Origin: Fibrobacterales bacterium
GTDB lineage: Bacteria > Fibrobacterota > Fibrobacteria > Fibrobacterales > JAOPTW01
Reading direction: 5' to 3'
NCBI GenBank assembly: GCA_051532035.1
Contig: JAOPTW010000066.1
Coordinates: 1 to 60,806, forward strand
DNA length: 60,806 bases
The position numbers and the translations under genes were made by a program. Under the pieces are notes generated by a model, which was not told the origin of the DNA, made no database searches, and worked only from the letters and a program-made list of their open reading frames with translations. Positions 28,235 through 38,113 of the stretch are shown here, one piece after another. The stretch's first letter is position 1; every line of letters begins with the position of its first letter.

Positions 28235-29614
28235 GTGTATAAAAAGAGATTAAGAGACGTCTGTCAAGGGCGTATTGGTATACTCGGATTCGGAGTTGAG
28301 GGTAAAAGTACTCTTGCCTTTTTGTTAAAAAATGGAATAGAGGACTCTGTTGTCTTTGATAAAAGTCCTATCGATCTTGTTGACTCTCGAGTGGCCTGCG
28401 TGACGGGGGAAGGGTATTTAGAACAACTGTCACAGTGTGATACGATTTTTCGTTCGGCAGGTATAAGTCCCACACAACCAGAACTTATTACTTTTGTGCA
28501 ATCGGGAGGCAATCTCACGAGTCAGGTAGAACTCTTCTTTGAATTATGGGGAAGTAATATCATCGGTGTTACTGGTACATTAGGCAAAGGGACCTGCGTG
28601 AGCATGATAGATGCAATATGTAAAGAGGTGCATCTACCGGTTTTGTTGGGGGGGAATATTGGTATTCCCGTTTTGGATCTTCTCGATCAATATACACCTG
28701 ATACACATGCATTATTAGAACTTTCATCGTTTCAACTGATGACACTTCGACGCTCTCCTCGAATTGCAGTTGTATTAAAAACAACCAGCGAACATTTGGA
28801 TTGGCATAAAGATCAACAGGAGTATATCGACGCAAAGTCACACCTTGTTGCTTATCAAAATAGTGACGATCTCTGTGTTTATTACGGAGAAAGTGAAGGG
28901 TCTATAATTATTTCTCAGCACTCTCATGCACAAAAAAAGAGTATTGGTGGTACTGGAGATGCCCAGATAGAGGGGCGTTCTGTTGTTGTGCGCAGTGGCA
29001 GTCTTTCTATAGATAACTGCGCGGTTAGTGGTGTTCATAATCTCGAAAATATGGCTGGAGCGCTACTGGTCACCGAAGCTTTAGGGGTTTCTTTTGAGAC
29101 AGCTTCTCAAGCATTGGTGAAGTTTGAGGGTCTCAAGTATCGTCTACAAAATGTATTGACAATTGAAAACGGAATAAGCTTCTATAATGACTCTTACGCT
29201 ACAAGGCCTGATGCAACCATGGGAGCGCTTTCTAACTTTAATCAGCCTGTAGCTCTTATTTTAGGCGGTTCAGAGAAATATGCCGACTTTTCAGAGCTTA
29301 TAAAAGTTGTTAGAGAGTCCAACTCTGTATTCGCTGTAGCCTTGATAGGGCAGACTGCGGAGCGCTTTGAAACGGGGTTTGCTGATTACAATATTGACAA
29401 AAAGATTAGTAAACTGGAATCTCTCGAGAAGGCTGTAGAATATTGTGTTGAAAATTGTAACATTTATATTCAGCGCAACATAGAAGGTAAAGGTGATGCC
29501 CCTGTGATACTTCTTTCACCGGCATGTGCTAGTTTTGGAATGTTTAAAAACTATGTTCAGCGTGGCGATATGTTTAATGAGATTGTAAAAACCTATGCTC
29601 GACCAAGAGTCTAA
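28235..29614 (+). CDS. murD: UDP-N-acetylmuramoyl-L-alanine--D-glutamate ligase
   Basis: GFGVEG, GVTGTLGKGT, GGNIGIP, ELSSFQL, NDSYAT, LILGG, LLSPACASFGMFKNYVQRG. Confidence 0.93.
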   Translation: MYKKRLRDVCQGRIGILGFGVEGKSTLAFLLKNGIEDSVVFDKSPIDLVDSRVACVTGEGYLEQLSQCDTIFRSAGISPTQPELITFVQSGGNLTSQVELFFELWGSNIIGVTGTLGKGTCVSMIDAICKEVHLPVLLGGNIGIPVLDLLDQYTPDTHALLELSSFQLMTLRRSPRIAVVLKTTSEHLDWHKDQQEYIDAKSHLVAYQNSDDLCVYYGESEGSIIISQHSHAQKKSIGGTGDAQIEGRSVVVRSGSLSIDNCAVSGVHNLENMAGALLVTEALGVSFETASQALVKFEGLKYRLQNVLTIENGISFYNDSYATRPDATMGALSNFNQPVALILGGSEKYADFSELIKVVRESNSVFAVALIGQTAERFETGFADYNIDKKISKLESLEKAVEYCVENCNIYIQRNIEGKGDAPVILLSPACASFGMFKNYVQRGDMFNEIVKTYARPRV

Positions 29615-30098
29615 AGACCTCCTCCTTAATTACCTCTCAATGGTGAGAAGTGAGTACGAGTTTAAAACAGCCGAAGATATAAATAAATTATCTGCCTCTG
29701 ATCTATTGCGTATACTCAATGAAGTCAATGATGATGCGCTTCCATTTTTTGTGAATCTTATTAAAGAGGCTGACTCAAAGGGTTCACTTTTTCAAAAACT
29801 TATGGGTGAACATCAAGAAGACAATGTTGCGTTAAGTGAAACATTTTTTAAGCGCTATATGGGTATGGTGATGCAGGATGAGTCAGCATTAACTGACTTT
29901 AATGCCCTTATTTATTATCTTCCTGAAGAGACCTTTGGAGATCTTGCCTTCATTCAGTCGAGACATTCGTTTTTTATGCACCAAACCATTGGTGATATAA
30001 ACAATTTCTTAACGGCACATTTTAATTTAGATGAGTTGTTTGAGGTTGGTGAAGAAGATCGAGCATGGGACTATTTCTGGAGTCAACTCCTTAAGTAG
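29595..30098 (+). CDS. hypothetical protein
   Basis: 167-aa acidic ORF overlapping the murD end, same strand. Confidence 0.65.
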   Translation: MLDQESKDLLLNYLSMVRSEYEFKTAEDINKLSASDLLRILNEVNDDALPFFVNLIKEADSKGSLFQKLMGEHQEDNVALSETFFKRYMGMVMQDESALTDFNALIYYLPEETFGDLAFIQSRHSFFMHQTIGDINNFLTAHFNLDELFEVGEEDRAWDYFWSQLLK

Positions 30099-30145
30099 GA
30101 GTGAATCTAAGCCAGTAGTGATAAATATAGAATAAGGATGAAGAT

Positions 30146-30586
30146 ATGAAGAACATCGTACTTTTGCTTCTCATGGTTGCAACATTGTCAGCTCAAGATA
30201 CTGCATCAAAAAATATAGGTGTGGGAGTTATTTTTGGAGAACCAACGGGGATATCTGTCCGGTATTGGGGCTCGGCAAATCATGCATATGATGGGGCAGT
30301 GAGCTGGTCGTTTACAAAGAATGTGGTTATTGTTCAAGTTGATTATGCAATGAAAATGACAGAACTTAAGCTCCCTACGTTTAACTTGCCTATTTTTGTG
30401 GGGCCGGGTGTTGCTGTGGGCTTTAAAGAAAACCCATGGGTTAATGCGCGTGTAAAGTGTGGAGTGGCTTATCAGTTCCCTCAACACCCTATAGATGTTT
30501 TTGCCGAATTGGTGCCAGCACTTGAACTCATTCCTGATGTGGGCTTTGACCTTATGGGGGGTATCGGAGTACGATACTTTTTTTAA
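30146..30586 (+). CDS. small outer-membrane beta-barrel protein (DUF3996/BAPKO_0422-like)
   Basis: signal peptide, GVGVIFGEPTGIS, DVFAELVP, terminal GIGVRYFF. Confidence 0.75.
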   Translation: MKNIVLLLLMVATLSAQDTASKNIGVGVIFGEPTGISVRYWGSANHAYDGAVSWSFTKNVVIVQVDYAMKMTELKLPTFNLPIFVGPGVAVGFKENPWVNARVKCGVAYQFPQHPIDVFAELVPALELIPDVGFDLMGGIGVRYFF

Positions 30587-30594
30587 ATATAACT

Positions 30595-30912
30595 ATGGAA
30601 CAATTACATAACGATAGCGATATACTGGTAGAGGATCAAACTAAAGGTCAGCGTAACTTTAAGGTAGTCCTCTATAATGATGAAGACCATACCTATGAGT
30701 ATGTTGTTGAGATGATCACCAAATGCTGTAATCTTTCAAAAAGTCAGGCTTTTAAGTGTACTGTTGAGGTAGACTTGACTGGTCGCTCAATTGTCAATTA
30801 TGGATCTAAGGTTGAGTGCCAGAAGGTGCGTGATAAGGTCAACGCCTATGGCGCCGATCATCGCATGCTTCGCTCCGTGGGGAGCATGAATTCCGAAGTA
30901 GAGCCTTGCTAA
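30595..30912 (+). CDS. clpS: ATP-dependent Clp protease adaptor ClpS
   Basis: KVVLYNDEDHTYEYVVEM, EVDLTGRSIV. Confidence 0.88.
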   Translation: MEQLHNDSDILVEDQTKGQRNFKVVLYNDEDHTYEYVVEMITKCCNLSKSQAFKCTVEVDLTGRSIVNYGSKVECQKVRDKVNAYGADHRMLRSVGSMNSEVEPC

Positions 30913-31017
30913 ATTTTGGTTTATAATCATCAATCTGTTTCGTTGTAGCTCCTTCGGCGTATCATAATACGCTCTCAGTCGCTTCGCCTCACGTCTTGAT
31001 AATTTTAAATCAAAATT
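30912..31017. repeat. REP/MITE-like palindromic element
   Basis: 22-bp terminal inverted repeats (30912-30933 and 30996-31017, 3 mismatches) around a GC-richer core with inner hairpin GCGTAT-cata-ATACGC. Confidence 0.55.
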
Positions 31018-31046
31018 GGGTGGTTGGTTCGCTTTGCTTCGCTGGC

Positions 31047-31081
<35 letters not shown>

Positions 31082-31088
31082 CTTACTC

Positions 31089-32894
31089 TTACTCTTCTAG
31101 TTTTTCGTAGTCGCCGGTTGTGCGGACAGAGACGACGTTTTTTAGGTGGTTCTTTATTTTGCGGTAGGCTTGGATGATATCCATGTAGGCCGTGGTGAGG
31201 AGGGGGTCTATTTTTCGTTCTTCGATTCGATGCCAGTGCATTTCACGGAGTTTAAGGACGTGATCACTGATTTCGGTACTCATTGCTTTTGTCTGATTGA
31301 GGTAATCTTTTGTCTGCTTTTCTACTTTTATTTTCATTACTCGCTTAAAGTATTTCATGACTCGTTCATGGAGGTCGAGTATTTCATGGCGTTGTCCAGC
31401 ACTTAAATGAAGACCTTGTTCATCAAGGCGGGCTCTGTTTCGGGCGATAAATGCGATATAGTCACTCACCGACTCGAGTTCATCGGCGAGTCTTATTTGG
31501 TCTTTACCTGCTTCAGCAACTTTTTTGGCCTGTCGTCCTCCAAGGAGTTCAGTCAAAAAGGCGGTAATCTCTTGCTGTACCGTATCGAGGTCCTCTTCTC
31601 TATTCAATATATATTGGTATTCTTTTGACGTATCCTCTTTGGCTTCTAGAATTGTTCTGAGCTTGTAAAACATCTTTTTAGCAACGCGTGCCATTTTGGT
31701 GATTTCATGTTGGCTCTGTGTAATTGCGGCAAAACTAGAAGAAAGCAGTTGATAGTCAAGCTGAGTTATGGCATTCTGTTTCTTAGTTTTATCTTTGACG
31801 ATTTTTTTAAGATAGATGCCAAAGTATGTGGTAAGAGGTAAAAAGATAATGGTGTTTATAACATTAAATATAGTGTGACAGGCGGCGAGGCGCCCTTCTA
31901 TGCCAATGGTGTCCCACATGCCGAAGAATATGAGGATGGCTTCAACGGCTATAAGGTAATATTTAAATATGATAATGACCCACAGAGCGCCGAGTACATT
32001 AAAGGCGATGTGAAACATTGATGCGCGTCGGGCGTTTGTAGAGGCGCCAATAGAAGCCATAAATGCCGTTATAGTGGTACCAATATTTTGACCGAGTATC
32101 AGTGCGACAGACGTTTCAAAATTGAGCATTCCGGTTCCTGCCATGCTGATGGTGATAGCAAGAACAGCAGCGGATGAGTGTACCATCATGGTGAGTACAC
32201 AGCCAATTGCGGCAGCGAGGATGATGTCGGTATAGGCAAGGGATGCTGCATCAATTACTGTAAACCAAGCGTAAAACTCTGGGAGTGATCGTACGGGCTT
32301 GAGGCCACTTTTCATGAGCTCAATACCGAAGAATATCATTCCAACACCGGCAACGGCAAGTGCAACGTATTTCAGTTTCTCTTTTTTAGAGAAGAGATAA
32401 AAGAGTGAGGCAATACCTAAAATAGGGAGGCCAAACTTTCCTATGTTGAGTGCGATGAGCCAGCCAGTGACAGTGGTGCCAATGTTGGCACCAATAATAA
32501 TGCCAAATGATTGCTTGAGTGTCATGAGTCCACTATTAACAAAGCCAATTGCTATGACTGTTGTGACGGTACTTGACTGTGCGATAGTCGTGACAATAAA
32601 CCCAACAATTGTTGCAAGAATTCTATTGTTGGTCGCCTTAGCGATGAGTTTTCTGAGTTTAGCTCCCGAGACAATTTGAAGGCCATCGCGCATGAAGCTC
32701 ATGCCCATTAAAAATATGCCCATACCTCCAATAACATAAAAAATCATCTGCCAACCGTCGATAACGTTGCTTTCATTATGGGTTTGAATAATGGGTTGTC
32801 CCGCTTCGATTATGGTGTCAGAGGGGAATGCTTGTATTTGGGCCACTAAAACAACTAAAAGAAATGTTAAAAAAACAGGAGTAGAATATCTCAT
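31089..32894 (-). CDS. Na/Pi cotransporter family protein with C-terminal PhoU-like domains
   Basis: QSSTVTT, GANIGTT, HSSAA, GQNIGTT repeats; helical C-terminus with ELESVSDY. Confidence 0.9.
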   Translation of the reverse strand: MRYSTPVFLTFLLVVLVAQIQAFPSDTIIEAGQPIIQTHNESNVIDGWQMIFYVIGGMGIFLMGMSFMRDGLQIVSGAKLRKLIAKATNNRILATIVGFIVTTIAQSSTVTTVIAIGFVNSGLMTLKQSFGIIIGANIGTTVTGWLIALNIGKFGLPILGIASLFYLFSKKEKLKYVALAVAGVGMIFFGIELMKSGLKPVRSLPEFYAWFTVIDAASLAYTDIILAAAIGCVLTMMVHSSAAVLAITISMAGTGMLNFETSVALILGQNIGTTITAFMASIGASTNARRASMFHIAFNVLGALWVIIIFKYYLIAVEAILIFFGMWDTIGIEGRLAACHTIFNVINTIIFLPLTTYFGIYLKKIVKDKTKKQNAITQLDYQLLSSSFAAITQSQHEITKMARVAKKMFYKLRTILEAKEDTSKEYQYILNREEDLDTVQQEITAFLTELLGGRQAKKVAEAGKDQIRLADELESVSDYIAFIARNRARLDEQGLHLSAGQRHEILDLHERVMKYFKRVMKIKVEKQTKDYLNQTKAMSTEISDHVLKLREMHWHRIEERKIDPLLTTAYMDIIQAYRKIKNHLKNVVSVRTTGDYEKLEE

Positions 32895-33038
32895 TTGAAG
32901 CTCAGGTTGCAGGTTGTATTTAAGTGGAGTATTTGCCGGAAAATATACTCCCCATTAAGTATATCATACCCATTTTTCTATATTGAATCCACATTAATCG
33001 CACAAAATTCAGTGATTTTAGCCCAAAATTGAGGAAGT

Positions 33039-35750
33039 ATGAAAAACCTTGTACTTATTGACTCCTATGCAATTGCCTTCAGGTCATACTACGCATTTAT
33101 CAATAATCCCTTAGTAAACTCAAAAGAGGAGTACACTTCGGTGCTCTATGGCTATATCAGTCATCTGTTTCGTGTGATCAATGAACTTGATGTGACCCAT
33201 CTTGCAATAGTAACTGATAGGCCTGAAAAAGACTTTAGAAAAGAAATGTACGAAGAGTACAAGGCGCATCGGCCTCCTATGCCCGATGATATGAGAACTC
33301 AAATTGGGTATCTCAATGAATTCCTAGAAATTTGTGGGATACCAGTACTCAGTAAAGCGGGATATGAAGCAGATGATGTTATTGCCAAAGTAGCATTGGA
33401 TGCCAGTAAAGAAGGTTATAAGGTCTTTATTGATTCAAAAGACAAAGATTTAATGCAACTCGTCGGTGAGAACGTCTGTATGTTTAATCTCGAAAAAGCG
33501 GGTGTTGCAAATACTATTATGGATACGCCTTATGTAGAGAACAAAATGGGCGTTCCTCCCGAGCAAGTGAGAGACCTTTTGGCACTCATGGGAGATGCGG
33601 CTGATAATATTCCTGGGGTCCCCAAAGTGGGAATCAAAACGGCAGCGAAGCTCCTCCTAGAGTATGGCTCTCTTGAAGGGATTTATGAAAATCTTGATAA
33701 AATTAAGGCAAAGGCGCTCAATGCAAACTTGAGTAATAATCATGACCTTGCGATTCTTTCACAAAAACTAGTAACTCTTGCAGTTGATGTTGAAATTGAT
33801 GAGACCCTCGATGATTTAGAATACAGTGGATTAAATGGGGCAGTTATCGGTGACTTTATTGATCGCTTTGAACTACAGTCACTCAATAGAGCTTTTAAAA
33901 AAGTACTCGATAAAGCGGTTGAAGAGGATGCACCTGTTGTACCGATGGTGGTCAAAGAGGCTCAGTATCAACTGATTGATTCGGAACAGAGTCTTAATGC
34001 TCTTGTTACCGTATTGAAAAGTGCTTCGGTTATTGCTGTCGATACAGAGACGTCATCTCTTAATCCTTACGAAGCAGAGATCGCAGGGATTTGCCTCAGT
34101 GTGAGTGAAGAGTATGGGTTTTATGTTGCAATTAATCACAAAGACTCCCACTGTTTGTCGCTTGACGTTGTTAAGGTAGCGCTGAGTGAAGTCCTGAATG
34201 ATCAATCCAAGAAGTTAGTGTTTCACAATGCTAAGTATGATTTAGGGGTATTCAGGACAAATGAGTTTCTTGTTACCGCGCCCTATGTTGATACAATGAT
34301 TGCATCCTACCTCCTCAATCCAGGTGTGCGGGAACATAGTCTTGATGCGCAGGTGAAACAACGTCTCGGCCATGCGATGATCCCTATCGAATCCCTTATT
34401 GGAAAGGGTAAAAGTCAAATCACTTTTTGTGAACTCACCGCTCAGGATGCCTATACTTACTCGGCTGAAGATGCAGTCTTTACTTTACGTTTATGGAATG
34501 TGTTAGAGAAAGAGCTCGAGGCCAAAGAGTTGACACAACCTTTTTATGAGATTGAACTTCCGCTCTTGCCGGTGTTACTCGACATGGAAGGGCGGGGTAT
34601 TTCAGTAGACACTGTGCATTTGTCGCACCTCTCTGATACACTTGCAGATAGAATTGAAGAACTTGAAGTAGAGATATATCAACTAGCAGGCGAAGAATTT
34701 AATATCGCATCACCCAAACAGATGTCGGTCATACTTTTCGAAAAACTTGAGCTTCCCCATGGTAAAAAAACAAAGACGGGATGGTCTACGAATGCTTCGG
34801 TACTTGAAAAGCTACAAGAGTTTGACATCGTTAAAGCGATTCTAGAATATCGAGAGTTGAGTAAACTGAAAAATACCTATGTCGATGTTCTTCCAGGTCT
34901 CGTAGCTAAACACTCGCAGAAAATACACACCTCCTATAATCAGATTATTGCAGCCACCGGCCGTCTCTCAAGTGTGAATCCTAACCTCCAAAATATCCCC
35001 GTTCGTACCGAACAAGGTAAAGAAATTCGCAAAGCATTTGTTGCATCTGATGATGATCATGTTATTGTCGCTGCGGATTACTCTCAGATTGAGCTCCGTG
35101 TGCTTGCCCATATGAGTGGTGATCCTGAACTTAAAAAAGCCTATGTAGAAGGCGCTGATATTCATACGCAAACTGCGGCAGCACTGTACGAGGTGAGTGA
35201 AGATCAAGTAGCTCCAGAGATGCGTCGCCAAGCTAAGGTGATTAATTTTGGTGTGCTCTATGGTATGTCTGCCTTTCGTTTGTCAAATGACCTAGGGATA
35301 ACGCGATTTCAAGCGCAGGATTTTATAGATAATTATTTCGGTCACTATGAGTATGTGACAGAGTTTATCGCTGCTGTTGTTAATAAAGGTCGCACTAATG
35401 AGTATGTTGAAACGCTCTTTGGGCATCGAAGACATATACCTGATCTTAATTCAGAAAATGGAAATATTCGAAATGGTGCTGAGCGAATGGCAGTGAGTAC
35501 GGCAGTTCAAGGCACCGCAGCGGGTATTCTTAAAAAGGCGATGATCAATCTCGATGCTGTACTGAAAGAGTCATCTCTCGATATCCAGATGTTATTACAG
35601 GTACATGATGAATTGGTATTTGAAATTGCAAAGAGTGATTTAGAAGCGGCAAAAGAAATTATTAAGCGAGAGATGGAGCAGGCGGTTATTCTTGATGTTC
35701 CTCTGACGGTTGAAATTGGTGAAGGCTCAAACTGGCTGCAAGCCCATTAA
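33039..35750 (+). CDS. polA: DNA polymerase I
   Basis: 5' nuclease (YEADD, DKDL, GDAADNIPGV), 3'-5' exonuclease (DTET, HNAKYD, AED), polymerase motifs ADYSQIELR, AKVINFGVLYG, QVHDEL. Confidence 0.97.
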   Translation: MKNLVLIDSYAIAFRSYYAFINNPLVNSKEEYTSVLYGYISHLFRVINELDVTHLAIVTDRPEKDFRKEMYEEYKAHRPPMPDDMRTQIGYLNEFLEICGIPVLSKAGYEADDVIAKVALDASKEGYKVFIDSKDKDLMQLVGENVCMFNLEKAGVANTIMDTPYVENKMGVPPEQVRDLLALMGDAADNIPGVPKVGIKTAAKLLLEYGSLEGIYENLDKIKAKALNANLSNNHDLAILSQKLVTLAVDVEIDETLDDLEYSGLNGAVIGDFIDRFELQSLNRAFKKVLDKAVEEDAPVVPMVVKEAQYQLIDSEQSLNALVTVLKSASVIAVDTETSSLNPYEAEIAGICLSVSEEYGFYVAINHKDSHCLSLDVVKVALSEVLNDQSKKLVFHNAKYDLGVFRTNEFLVTAPYVDTMIASYLLNPGVREHSLDAQVKQRLGHAMIPIESLIGKGKSQITFCELTAQDAYTYSAEDAVFTLRLWNVLEKELEAKELTQPFYEIELPLLPVLLDMEGRGISVDTVHLSHLSDTLADRIEELEVEIYQLAGEEFNIASPKQMSVILFEKLELPHGKKTKTGWSTNASVLEKLQEFDIVKAILEYRELSKLKNTYVDVLPGLVAKHSQKIHTSYNQIIAATGRLSSVNPNLQNIPVRTEQGKEIRKAFVASDDDHVIVAADYSQIELRVLAHMSGDPELKKAYVEGADIHTQTAAALYEVSEDQVAPEMRRQAKVINFGVLYGMSAFRLSNDLGITRFQAQDFIDNYFGHYEYVTEFIAAVVNKGRTNEYVETLFGHRRHIPDLNSENGNIRNGAERMAVSTAVQGTAAGILKKAMINLDAVLKESSLDIQMLLQVHDELVFEIAKSDLEAAKEIIKREMEQAVILDVPLTVEIGEGSNWLQAH

Positions 35751-35774
35751 CCATAACAGTATTGAGAAAAAGCT

Positions 35775-36365
35775 ATGATTATTGGAATTACAGGAAACAT
35801 CGCCTCTGGGAAGTCCGAAGTGGCAAAACGTTTTGCGACAGCAGGATTCACTGTTTTTGATGCGGATTCTCTTGCTCATGAACTGTATGAGACCAATAGT
35901 GAACTGGTGAGCCAACTGGGGCAGTCATTTGGTCCTCAAATTCTCAATGCTGATGGAACACTCAATAGGGCTGAACTTGGGTCTATTGTTTTTTCTGATG
36001 GAGTTAAGCTCGCACAGCTCAATACTATTGTACATCCAAAACTAATGCAATATATTCATTATAAGGTGTTCTCCAAAATGGGTGAAGATATTGTGCTCGA
36101 TGCCGCATTGATTATTGAATGGGAGGTGCAAGAATATTTTGACGCTCTTGTGGTGGTTACCTGTGATGATGATCTTCGGTGTGAGCGATTGCAAAAACGA
36201 AATAATCTCACTGAAGTTGAGGCTCTGAGCCGAATAAGTTCGCAGGTGCCGCAAGAAAAAAAACTGCCTTTTGGTGACTATGTCATTGATAATTCTGGAA
36301 GTCTTGATCTACTACACGACCATGTGTCGGTACTCATTGAAAAAATACAAACGCAATGCCCTTAG
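35775..36365 (+). CDS. coaE: dephospho-CoA kinase
   Basis: GITGNIASGKS, DAD, LNTIVHP, RISSQ, VIDNSG; canonical position after polA. Confidence 0.93.
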   Translation: MIIGITGNIASGKSEVAKRFATAGFTVFDADSLAHELYETNSELVSQLGQSFGPQILNADGTLNRAELGSIVFSDGVKLAQLNTIVHPKLMQYIHYKVFSKMGEDIVLDAALIIEWEVQEYFDALVVVTCDDDLRCERLQKRNNLTEVEALSRISSQVPQEKKLPFGDYVIDNSGSLDLLHDHVSVLIEKIQTQCP

Positions 36366-37070
36366 TTATTCCTGAATAAAACGATACCCTTCACCGTGTG
36401 CTTTCAGTATATGTTTAGGCTTTGATGGGTTTATTTCAAATCTCTTACGAAGTTGATACATAAAATTGTCGAGTGTTCGAGAATTAAGGGAGGTCTCAGC
36501 GCCCCATATTTTTTTCCAAAAATCGTCACGACTCACTACGCTGCCTTTACTCTCTACAAGTAGTTTCATAATGAGGGTCTCTTTGTAGCTGAGTCTAAAC
36601 TCTTCGTCATTATTTCCTGCAAGTGATGTGGTAAAATCAATCCAGCAGTTTCCAAAAGTTACTTTAGGGAGCTCATGGTTATCTGATTGTGGTGAAAGAA
36701 GCTTTCTGCTGCGCATCATTGCGGTAACTTTTGCAATAAATACTTTAAGATCAAAAGGTTTTGTTATGTAGTCATCTGCACCGAGTTCAAGAGCTTCAAC
36801 AATGTCTTCATTACTATTCTTTGCCGAAGTCATAATAACGGGTAAAATTTTATTGTGTGAACGAAACTGTTTAAGAAGTTCAACTCCAGAGATTCCGGGG
36901 AGCATAATATCTAAAATTAAAAGGCTATAATCTTTCTTGGGAATCAGGGCCATTGCTTCTTCTGCACTGACTACATGGTCTACATCCCATCCTTCCATAT
37001 CAAGATTAAATTTTAGGGCAATAGCCATGCTTTCATCATCTTCTACGAGGAGTATTTTTTCATTGCTCAT
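36366..37070 (-). CDS. OmpR-family response regulator
   Basis: LLVEDD, LDIMLPG, GADDYITKPF, winged helix (RTLDNF..LRKRFE, HGEGYRF). Confidence 0.93.
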   Translation of the reverse strand: MSNEKILLVEDDESMAIALKFNLDMEGWDVDHVVSAEEAMALIPKKDYSLLILDIMLPGISGVELLKQFRSHNKILPVIMTSAKNSNEDIVEALELGADDYITKPFDLKVFIAKVTAMMRSRKLLSPQSDNHELPKVTFGNCWIDFTTSLAGNNDEEFRLSYKETLIMKLLVESKGSVVSRDDFWKKIWGAETSLNSRTLDNFMYQLRKRFEINPSKPKHILKAHGEGYRFIQE

Positions 37071-37981
37071 TGCTGGGTTACCATTGGGAGGGTTATTTCA
37101 ATTGTGAGTCCGTTTCCTTGGGTGTTGTTGTAAGCGCGAACAGTGCCTTTGTGCATGCGTACAATCTCTTTTACCAAAAAGAGCCCGAGACCTACACCAC
37201 GTTTATAGCGGGTGACAACTTTCTTCGTTTGATAGAACCGGTTGAATATTTTTTTGAGTTCTTTTTCAGGAAGCCCGGGGCCTTGATCAGAAATAGTTAA
37301 TTTGCATTGTCGTTTTGTTATCGTTGCCTTTATATCAATACGACCATCCGGTGCATATTTATCTGCATTGGCAAGGATATTACTAATAGTCATAGGGAAG
37401 TAAAATGAATCTGCTGCAATTGATATGTAGTCGGGAATAGTAAGGGTGTATTCCCTTTTGTATCGATCCATGCTTTGATGAAGCACCTCTTTGAGGTTCA
37501 TGACAGTAAATGAAAAGTGTGATTTTTGGTTGTCTACTACTCGTGCTTCCAGTAGTTTTGATACAATTTCAGAAAGATAGGTGGCCTCAGCATAAATATG
37601 CTGTACAAACTCTTCTGTTTTCTCTTTTGGTGGGTTGCGATCCATAATGGTTTGAGAAAAGAGTAAAATATTCGAAAGTGGTGTTTTGAGCTCATGGGTT
37701 GTGAGGTTAACAAAATGTTGCTGAAGTTTTAGAAAGCGTTTGTTTCGAACTATAGAAGCAAAATATATAGAGATGACCATCATAATGACCGCAAAAAAAG
37801 TGCATCCAAGAGCCAAGACTATCCAACGGGTTGAATCTCTATAGCGATCTCCCAGGAGCTCTTTAACAGTATCATAATCACTAACAAGATAGACGTTCCA
37901 TAGTACAAGCAGGGTTATGGTCATTCCCATAGCCAGTGTGTAGAGTGTAATGTGTATTGAGGTATGCCATCCCTGTTTCAT
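37067..37981 (-). CDS. sensor histidine kinase (two TM helices)
   Basis: H-box THELKTPL, N-box NILANADKY, DQGPG, IFNRFY, GVGLGL. Confidence 0.92.
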   Translation of the reverse strand: MKQGWHTSIHITLYTLAMGMTITLLVLWNVYLVSDYDTVKELLGDRYRDSTRWIVLALGCTFFAVIMMVISIYFASIVRNKRFLKLQQHFVNLTTHELKTPLSNILLFSQTIMDRNPPKEKTEEFVQHIYAEATYLSEIVSKLLEARVVDNQKSHFSFTVMNLKEVLHQSMDRYKREYTLTIPDYISIAADSFYFPMTISNILANADKYAPDGRIDIKATITKRQCKLTISDQGPGLPEKELKKIFNRFYQTKKVVTRYKRGVGLGLFLVKEIVRMHKGTVRAYNNTQGNGLTIEITLPMVTQQ

Positions 37982-38044
37982 GTAAGAAAAGATAGGAAAA
38001 TCTGATCAGGGCGGTGTGTGAATTTTTAGAGGTACTCGTAAGTC

Positions 38045-38102
38045 ACAATCTTGAAGACTGAATTATTATCAATTGATTGATGTATTCAGTCTCCAAGATT
38101 GT
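38045..38102. terminator. long inverted repeat after purF (terminator or mRNA-stabilising hairpin)
   Basis: 19-bp arms ACAATCTTGAAGACTGAAT / ATTCAGTCTCCAAGATTGT with 1 mismatch and a 20-nt loop. Confidence 0.55.
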
Positions 38103-38113
38103 TTTAGATGGTC

